A DNA stretch of 59,495 bases, counting the filler, from Sphacelaria rigidula (taxonomy: Eukaryota): NCBI GenBank assembly GCA_964200075.2. It is 9 parts of 9 records of this genome, joined end to end, with 100 filler letters (N's around TTAATTAATTAA, not from the genome) between each part and the next. Parts side by side here need not be neighbours in the genome. Positions count along the whole stretch, not along the records: positions 46,354 to 52,874 come from CAXNAA020019576.1; positions 52,975 to 59,495 come from CAXNAA020019577.1; 7 more parts are not named here. One strand, written 5' to 3'. The notes below the pieces were generated by a model, which saw only the letters and a list, made by a program, of their open reading frames with translations, made no database searches and was not told the origin of the DNA. This document shows positions 51,365 to 59,495 of this stretch, piece by piece. Each line of letters opens with the position of its first letter. Position 1 is the first letter of the stretch. Position numbers and translations under genes: made by a program.

Positions 51365-51529
51365 TTGGGCAGTGTCTAATAACTCCATTCTGTCCTTCCG
51401 ACCTCCCGAGTTGGGCCTCGTTTGCACCAGCGGCGAAGCATAGATATAACCCAGCCTCGCCTGTCCTCGATTATTGGGGAGGGAGCTCCTCCTTCGGTGG
51501 CTCGTCGCCATGTTTCGTTCTTGCTCCAT
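51365..51529 (-). CDS. CHAT-domain protein, exon 1
   Basis: ATG, LGYIYASPLV...MELLDTAQ, CAA|GTAAGT donor (55 codons); splices in frame to 46588 giving LLDTAQELKMI, a CHAT N-terminal pattern. Confidence 0.8.
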
Positions 51530-51995
51530 TTTCTTGTGCGCAGATGCGCTGGCTTGTGCTCAACAACCGTTGTTTTTGTATAATCACACTGAATCGTACA
51601 CGTACAGACCCGCACTCATAGGATCGAGGCGTTGTACGACGAATCAAGAATCAAGACCAAGTCATATACACATGAATGTCAATATTCTTGTGATCATAAA
51701 GTATTTTTCCAGTATGTGTAAAAAATTCATGATTATCTTGCGTTGGCACCAGCAGTAGATAGAAACGAAAAGGGGATACATACTATACACCACGCTTTAC
51801 CGCGGGTTTTGCATCATCATTGTAGGCTGGTGTGCCACAAAACAAAAGATCCATACAGAGACCTACGCTACCCAGGCGGACGAGCCGCGGCGCCTGTGGT
51901 GCTTTAGTGATAGAGAGCTCACAAGCAGACGTGCTCGCCACAAGCAGACGAAGCTCAAAGGGGGAAATTTTCCGTTTGAGGAGAAAAATTAAACA
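51530..51995. promoter_or_regulatory. Putative bidirectional promoter region
   Basis: 466 bp between two divergent start codons, with no repeat recognised. Confidence 0.45.
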
Positions 51996-52565
51996 ATGAA
52001 TCGGGTAATGCCGCTGCGACGACGATGTTGCCTTCTTCGGCATGCACGGGACGGAGTGCAAACTTCAACAACAGTAGCAGTAGCACGGTTCAGTATCAGC
52101 AAAGGCGGTGCCCCCGGTGACGAGAAAAATAGCGACGGCACAAAGGCAACCACCATCAACAACAGCAGCAAAAATCGTGCTCATGTACCTAGTGCTATCG
52201 ATAAACCGGATCTTCATGCGGCCCAGCACCAGGTCCAGCACCGCGCACAGGAGACCATAGGAATCAAGTTAGCGTCAAGGGTAGCGGAAAGAGTTGCCGA
52301 GGGAGCCGAGCGCAGCGCAGCGTCCAAAACACTCACCATGGCTGGAAAACACGGAGCCCAGGCAATAGGGAAGCGAGCAGCGGCGAAGAGTGCAGCGCGA
52401 GTGATATCCCCTCAAAGACAGGCAGCCGAGCGATTTCTGTTGCGATATTTTCCTGTAAACTTTGCGGCCAAACGTTTTGGCCGCGGGATCTTGATCGCGA
52501 TACCCATTGCCGGGGCGACCTTCTCGGCCTGGCTGGCGCGATCGGACATGCGCAGGACATACAAG
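51996..52565 (+). CDS. First exon of a probably mitochondrion-targeted protein with an EcsC-like hydrophobic segment
   Basis: 190 open codons, Arg-rich N-terminus, RFGRGILIAIPIAGATFSAWLAR segment, AAG|GTGCCA donor; the family call is tentative. Confidence 0.65.
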
Positions 52566-52814
52566 GTGCCACGAATATCATGGTTTTGCTGCAATATTGA
52601 GTTGCGCTTTCGCTCCAGTAGGACTCGACGCTAATTATTCCAAGGTTGTGTTCTGTAGGGCACGGTAATGTTCTCTAGGGTGTGGGATTCCTTACAGAAC
52701 TTACAGAAATATCGGGTACCGCAGGGGTCTGTCGAGAGAATTTTTTCGGACACGGAGGCCCCCACCCCCCTCCCGGAGGGCAATTTTTCGAAAATCGTGA
52801 TGATTTTCTACTGT

Positions 52815-52856
<42 letters not shown>

Positions 52857-54526
52857 TTTTTTAGATATTTTTTGNNNNNNNNNNNNNNNNNNNNNNNNNN
52901 NNNNNNNNNNNNNNNNNNTTAATTAATTAANNNNNNNNNNNNNNNNNNNNNNNNNNNNNNNNNNNNNNNNNNNNCGGCCCAACTCGTCTGTGTCGATGAG
53001 ATATTGCTTTCAGAGCTTAAATCCGTTTTTAGGCTGGCCCAGCTCGTACCCCGCGAAGATGAGCCAGTTTGGGTGACTTTCGGCGGCCAAAACATGCGCC
53101 ACAGGTATCAGATGACACCCAAACCTGAACGGTACTGTACCGCTGCACCTTCTTCGTGCGCTGCAAAAAAAAGCACGGGATGAAATGCCTTACTGCCGGA
53201 GAAACTTCTGCAAAAGTGGTGAAAAATATGAAATGATAAATGTACGTATGTATATATATATACATATGTAGGCGTCCAAAATCACCCGCGGGGGCAGCGT
53301 GTGAAGAAGAGGAGAATGCTTTTGTTCCGTTAACTCAGCGCGCTATGAGTCGGCGATTGCTCGAGAGCATGCATCGCTGCCGCCCCTCAAAGAACTCCAG
53401 GCGAAAAACGGTCACGTTAGCAAAAAACCACTTCCAACATCTTTGGGGTATTACATCAACGCATCGATGTCGGCCGTCCGCCGTATGGTATCCTCAGTTA
53501 CACCCGATCGCACGGGATTTATTCACGGATCAGCAATGAAGAGAACATGTACGGCGACAGTGAAGCAGGGCAACTTAGCCGCCATAGATCCAACGTTCAC
53601 GGCAGTCTGTGTCTCCGTACCACACCAATAAACCACACACTATCAGCAAGCAAACCGAAGCATACACCGACACGGAAAAGTCCTTCAATATTTACTTTAA
53701 ATATCTGTCCCGGGAAACACATAATCACGTAATAATTATATGGAGCAACTACAGTACGCGACACAATTGTGACACCGTAGAAGGACGGCGATTTTCAGCC
53801 CCACAATTTAAACCGCTCAATCTACGATACAAACGTACATGGTATCCATTTTCCTACCGCTACTGCTCACCACCCAATACCTTTCGATCATACAAAAGTA
53901 CCAAACGAACTCGAACTGGGTGAAAATATATCAGGTGCCACATGTAACTGCTCCGACAAACAAAATGTGACTACGAGTACAGTGCTGCGGTAGAGGTAAC
54001 GTTCGCGCTTCCTAAAAACGAGGAGCAACAAGCTGTTACTGCCCGATCCACGAACGAGATAACTCATGCTTCAAAACTTCTTCGCCACCGTGCTAGTGTT
54101 TTCTGATCCACTTCCACTCACCCTCCATGTCCCCTTCCCCCCATTTTTTCTACACCCAATTTCCATCATCTGCCGGTCTAACTCTTGGCCCCTCGAGGCG
54201 CCAAACATCACACGCCTCGCGCGCCCCCACAATAATTGAAACATAACCCCGCACCCTTACACCCTGACCTCCTGGAACAGCTTGTATAACAGCTATCAAG
54301 CAGGGCACTCCATTCAAAACCGTCCCCGGTAAAAACGGTCTCAATCAATCTCACTCTCAACGAGACGAAATCCACGCTCGCGCCCTCTCGCTCTCTCTCC
54401 CCGACCCCCTCCCCTCAACCAAAAAAGAACTCAAACAGGATGATTCTCACCCGACACAACCCAGTCCAACCGGCCCCGATAGGGCCCTACCCACCCCACC
54501 CACCCACCCATCCCTCAAAACCACGT

Positions 54527-55025
54527 TCAATCGTCAGCCCCACCCCCGTACAATTCCGCCATGCGAGCATGATGATCTTTGCTCAAAAGCCGAGCGGCGA
54601 GCGCACGGACCCAAATCTCCTGCGCAGACACCTCCTCCGCGCGTATCACAAGCGTGCCAATCTCGTCCGGCATCTTGAAGCACACCAGAGCAACAGCATC
54701 CCGCTCGTTGGTAGCCCCACCACCGGAACCCGCCCCACCGCCGCCTCCCTTGCTTCCTCCGCTCCCCGCAGCGGCCCGCGCTGTCGAGGGTGTAAAGTGG
54801 GGTGTAACCAAAGCTACTGTCCTGGGATCGAGTAGCACATTGCCCTTGACTCTGGTTTTACTCCTTGTGCGGTAATAAGTGAATCGTGTGGCGTCGAGGA
54901 CACACCAGCGTTTTTTCACCTTCGGTGCGCGGGAACCGGACGTCATGAGGCCCGCCAGGGACGATCGGGATATACCGCCGCCACCGAGGCTGCCTCCGGT
55001 TGGAGACGAGGGTGCATCATGCAGG
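54527..55025 (-). CDS. DENN+PH protein, last exon (PH domain)
   Basis: CTTTTACAG acceptor; KKRWCVL...FTYY...KGNVLL...IRAE....EIWVRAL PH signature; stop at 54527. Confidence 0.88.
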
Positions 55026-56101
55026 CTGTAAAAGGCATTGCGCCGGCATGCGATCAGAGGCAACCAGCGGCGATTGGCGGCACAAGAACGGTGGAATGCG
55101 ATGAGTTGAGGTCATGTCGACAGGTAGAATGAGAAGCAAGGGATTCAGCGTGCCACATTGTGGTACAGGTTGGTTTCGCCAACCGAAAAAAGGGGACTCC
55201 TTTTCCGTAACTTCTACTCGGGCGCACTTTGGAGTTTCGAGTTGCAAGTTCCTACTTTTCAACATATATATCCAGAGGCATAATACGAAGGTGTGAGTTC
55301 TGGCAGAAAATTGATGGCGGTCTCTAATTTTCGCAACTCTTTACAGGGAAACATGAATGAATCCAAACCGGAACATTCTGTAACGCCGAATAATTGAAAG
55401 GAGAGAGACCCCAATGAACTACCTGGCTCATTCACGACTTCGGCATTACCCTTCCGGGCATATGCGAATTTTCAGTTCAAGAATCGAACGCGAACCCCGG
55501 GCAAAGAATGGCAAAAAGAGGATAAGCTTCATTTCGCATCAGTTTGCCCGAATATGGGGCATACTCCATAACGCGAAGTGTGGATTTTCTCAGATGTGGG
55601 GATTTGTTGAAAGCCGAAACAACTTCATGGTATCGACGTTGATCTCGGGTATTGGAATGAATGCTTTCGCATGAAAATTCGCCAGTCTCATCTCGCCTTT
55701 TTTAAAAAACAAGGAAAACACTACTCTGCACCCCACTGCAACAGCGACGTGCGGAACGACGAGCTCTGCAGGCTAAATCAGGCCACGCCGACGTGGTGGT
55801 CATGTTTCCGCCGTCAAGTGGACATGTTTTGAACCTGCCGGTCCTCCTCACAACTATTGCAAAACGTTCGCGGGAAAGATTGTCATGTTTTTTTGGTGAA
55901 ACCAGTCTGTAGACAGAACCCACCTACCGCCAACCATTATCCCCACGCGAGCAGCAGTTTGAAAAACAACATGAAAGGGTACCACATGATTCGACGAAAG
56001 AAGGAAAATGACAATCTTTCCCGCGAACCAAGACGGTCGATTAACAAAACTAAAACAAGTCAAAGAGAACTACTCCAAGGATGAATTAGTGAATCACTTA
56101 C

Positions 56102-56212
56102 CCTCCATCCGGGCCGCCCAATCCGAAGTCTCCGACAATAGGTGGAGCAACCGGTTGGCTCTGAGTAAAGTACGTCAACAGGTACGCACCCATCCGCTCC
56201 GTACCGCCCATG
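56102..56212 (-). CDS. DENN+PH protein, internal exon
   Basis: CTCTCAG acceptor, GG|GTAAGT donor, 111 nt, phase 2-2, in frame with its neighbours. Confidence 0.75.
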
Positions 56213-56841
56213 CTGAGAGCAGCGCAACAACAAGTGAAAGGCGAGTATCGGTGCCGCATCAGGAGGGAGTGAAAAGGAAGCACGAGTTTAGGGTGAAGAA
56301 ACCGGTCGATCAAAAAGAGGCCACTGAAAACAATTACGGTAGCGCACAGTGAGTTCTTATCGCTACCCTTACATGCTGTGGACGTATGAGTATCGACTAC
56401 GTAGACGTTAGATTTATTGCGAGCTCTGCATGGTATGCACTGCAACTGGTGCACGGAGCGGTTCGATTCAAACGTTGCCCTCACCCTGCCCGCCCCCACG
56501 CCCTCCCCTCGTCTTACCTTCCCAACTTGTTTCTTCTACGTTCATCATGGTCCCTATAGGTATTGTGCCGTTGCAAAACGCATGAAATGCATAGCCCGTA
56601 GCCACACGCACCACCGTGGATAGCATGGCCGCTGACACCATTATCACCGCCACATCAACTTACAGCTGCAACGACAAACCATCTCCCTGCGTACGTCTCT
56701 GCCGAATCATTCTACATATCTCCAAACACACATACACACGAAGGCAGGAATTCACACACACATGCACACTCGTTCACACACGTACACACGCACACGTACA
56801 CATAGCCGTACACACACGCACGCACGCACGCACGTACGCAC

Positions 56842-57177
56842 CTGTGAAAGTGCAGCTGCTCCTGCATACGCACAGTTATCACGCGCTCCAGCTCCTGCCG
56901 GAATCCATCACCTGAAGCTGTCGCACACCCGCTGCCCCGCTGCAACCCAACACCAACACTGGCGCCGACCCTCTCTTCCTCTCTATTACCACCGCCACCG
57001 CCACCGCCGGCACCGGTTGCGCTGCCGCGATTGCCAACGCTACTGCCTCGCCTGGCCTCCCCGTTCCCCCCCCCGGGCAGATAATTGACATCTGAATGGA
57101 CCCCCGAGCGGCTGACGCTTGAAGCCGAGGCGCGGTGCGCTGGATACATGCTGGTAGGTTTGGACCTCTCCTTGGTC
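56842..57177 (-). CDS. DENN+PH protein, internal exon (Gly-rich)
   Basis: CTTCCAG acceptor, AG|GTGCGT donor, 336 nt, phase 2-2. Confidence 0.8.
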
Positions 57178-57609
57178 CTGGAAGCACCAAAAAAAAGGTA
57201 GGCACGATGGATTGCATAAAACACACGCACACGGTGGCGGGTAGAGGAACTCTGGCCCGCTGCGGACCGGTATACAAACGTAACGTCTCTGCTGTTACAG
57301 CGTCACGGGGGCCTTCTCGCGTAGTCACTGTATAATACCAGTACATGAACATGAAACATACACGGAGCTGAAAACCTCTTCGGTGCGTCTTCGACGACGA
57401 AACGAAGTCAACAGAGCATATCTCGAATCGACCAGCCAGCCTTTTCAAGAGAAGGATGACGGAAGTATCCCAATAGCACCGCACTATAGTTGAAGGGTAA
57501 CTAAGTGTGCCTCGTTGCACCTCCCACCTCGCAACAAGAGGAAGACACGCTAGATATTCATTCCACTGAAATCGGCGACAACATTCACCACGCCGCACGG
57601 CTCGCTTAC

Positions 57610-57795
57610 CGTCGGCGAGTGTCCGTCACTTCCGCATAGTCTGGTGGTGGGTCGTTCCTGCTACCGCTTCTCCCATGCCTTGATCCACTACTTCCTGCCG
57701 CGGTCTCCGACTCCATCCCTCGGCTGTACCTGGATACTGAGTGAGTGTCGTCAGGACCCACCGCTGATGGCACCATCGACACTGGGCTCCATCGC
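57610..57795 (-). CDS. DENN+PH protein, internal exon (not in the ORF track)
   Basis: TTTGAAG acceptor, CG|GTAAGC donor, 186 nt open in phase 2 (RWSPVSMVPSAVGPDD...TDTRR). Confidence 0.7.
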
Positions 57796-58393
57796 CTTCA
57801 AATGAAAACAAAGGCGGCGTACCGCAGATACATTGAAGGACAAAGGGGCGGAGAAGGGGCGGGGGGATGGGGGGGGGGGGCGCAGGTTCAGTAGTTCAGC
57901 GCACAATGTCTTGGGCGTACACAAGTCATTTCCTCGCACGAACTATATCGCGACGTCACCAACCAACGACCGCTCCCGCACGAGACAGTGATCAGGATTA
58001 TGACCCTGGTTTGTAGTGCTTCTCTCGTTCTTCAGCCATATCCTACGACTCGTATAGGAGGGGAGGGGAAGGAGAGCGTAATACGGGGTGCACTAGCAGA
58101 GTGCATGAAACCATTTGCGTTCGTGATGAGGTCATTGTATTGTTCTGTTTCCTTAATGGCATGTTTGCCGCATCGAAGGCCTCGATTGGGGCCCTTGAAG
58201 GTGGGAAAGGCAAGCGGTACGTACTTTGTGTGTGCCTCCACGGCTTGGCACAGGGTAGACGAGATTTCAGATTTGTTCACACACACTTCATCCTGTAACA
58301 TACGGCTTCAACATAGCACGGTAGACGCAGAACGGTCCAAATAACAACACACTGCGCTGCTGAATAAATCCACCGCCCTGTGCACCACCTCAC

Positions 58394-58675
58394 CTCGCAT
58401 CGGCTAGGAAAGCACTAAAGGCCTTAGTCTTCAAAAGCACCCTCAAGAAAGGCCGAACGTCTGCCTTTGCGAAAGACAAGAACCCGAGCACGTCAAACTC
58501 CACGGGGCTCTCTTGTCCCTGCCCCGCACGTCCCCCTCCGCCCCCAACCCCGCCCACCGCCGCCGCCGCCGCGTCGTTGTTATCTCGATCGTCGTCCAAG
58601 GGTGCCGTCTCGGGGGGGCGGATGAAGATATGGTAACCCTTGAAAAAGCTCACCATGGTATTGAACAGGAACACT
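58394..58675 (-). CDS. DENN+PH protein, dDENN exon
   Basis: VFLFNTMVSFFKGYHIF...FDVLGFL....RPFLRVLLKTKAFSAFL matches the dDENN pattern; TTTCTCAG and AG|GTGAGG splice sites, 282 nt. Confidence 0.85.
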
Positions 58676-59226
58676 CTGAGAAAAACGCGTTTGCAATATG
58701 GACAAGGGAGCGGCGTTTCGTTGATGAACAAACGAAAGAAGCGAAAGGAGGGGGGTTCAGGAATCCATCGTCAAATGATGCATGACAACACTCACACACA
58801 TTTTGGAATGACGGAATTCTTCAATGTCAGCGTTTGCGTTACCGCCAACCTATGCAGGCCCTCTAGCCACAGGCCAAGGGCGGTCTGGATGGTACTCCAG
58901 GCAAGTGCGCATGGTAGAGCTCAAGTGGAAGCTTAGTGAAGCTAAAATGACATAAAATCGCGCCCTGCGCGCGGCGTCGAGGACGTGCAGCTGTCAGCCC
59001 CCCGAACGATCCGATCTTGGATGTCCAAACTAAAATCAAGTGAACACTAGTCGACGACAGACCGAGGTTCAAACTTTCCTACAAAACAAACACCGGAAAA
59101 GCACACGAGCACACGAGCACACGAGCACACATGGCGTACATGGACCGCGTTTGGCACAAATCAAGAAACATGGAGAAAAACGAAGACACAGAACAAAAAA
59201 CGCATGCATTCAAGAGAAATATGTAC

Positions 59227-59495
59227 CTGAGCACTTCACCGCGCTTGACAGCTATCAACGCTTCATCGTTGCCATTACTGTTGCTATCGCCCGAATTCAT
59301 CATCCCCGCCGCCTTCCCTCCTTCCCCGACAGTGTACACTGGGCTCTGTAGCAAGGCACTGATGACCGTTGCCGGGTCCACACGAGGATCACCGCACCCC
59401 ATCATGCCCCCGCTGCCTGGACCCGAGCCACCGCCTCCAGATCCGCTGCCCATACTGCCGCTCCCGCTGTGGTTTTTGTTTTTGTGCACATGAGA
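59227..59495 (-). CDS. DENN+PH protein, upstream exon (5' part outside the window)
   Basis: Open Gly/Ser-rich frame ending EVL-AG|GTACAT, in phase with the dDENN exon. Confidence 0.75.

Noticed and set aside
1..59495. Most short ORFs in the track; a prokaryotic operon or endogenous giant-virus segment
   Set aside because: The ORFs are shadow frames of exons or TE sequence; there are no long intronless gene arrays or viral hallmark motifs.

Overview
Eukaryotic, repeat-dense nuclear DNA, most consistent with a brown alga or related stramenopile (inferred from short exons, long TE-filled introns, TTAGGG-type motifs and RTE-like LINEs). The window is not one locus. It is nine unrelated small scaffolds (six of 6522 bp, three of 6521 bp) sorted by length and joined by a 100-nt artificial spacer (N44-TTAATTAATTAA-N44). 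Host gene fragments reconstructed from splice sites are: a signal-peptide/EF-hand first exon; an exon with an H15-like C-terminus; the first two exons of an N-terminal CHAT (caspase-like) domain protein, divergent from a second gene; and the last six exons of a DENN+PH protein. The rest is decayed LINEs, SINE-like repeats, an LTR fragment, a MULE derivative and many MITEs whose TIRs and TSDs can be read directly. The most unusual observations are (i) a fixed-length 61-nt element in three near-identical copies inserted at C/G homopolymer tracts with ~16-18-bp duplications, (ii) a 3-4-level nest of Harbinger-like elements each inserted at the same trinucleotide inside its host's TIR, and (iii) the CHAT-domain gene. 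All family assignments are by eye, with no database searches.
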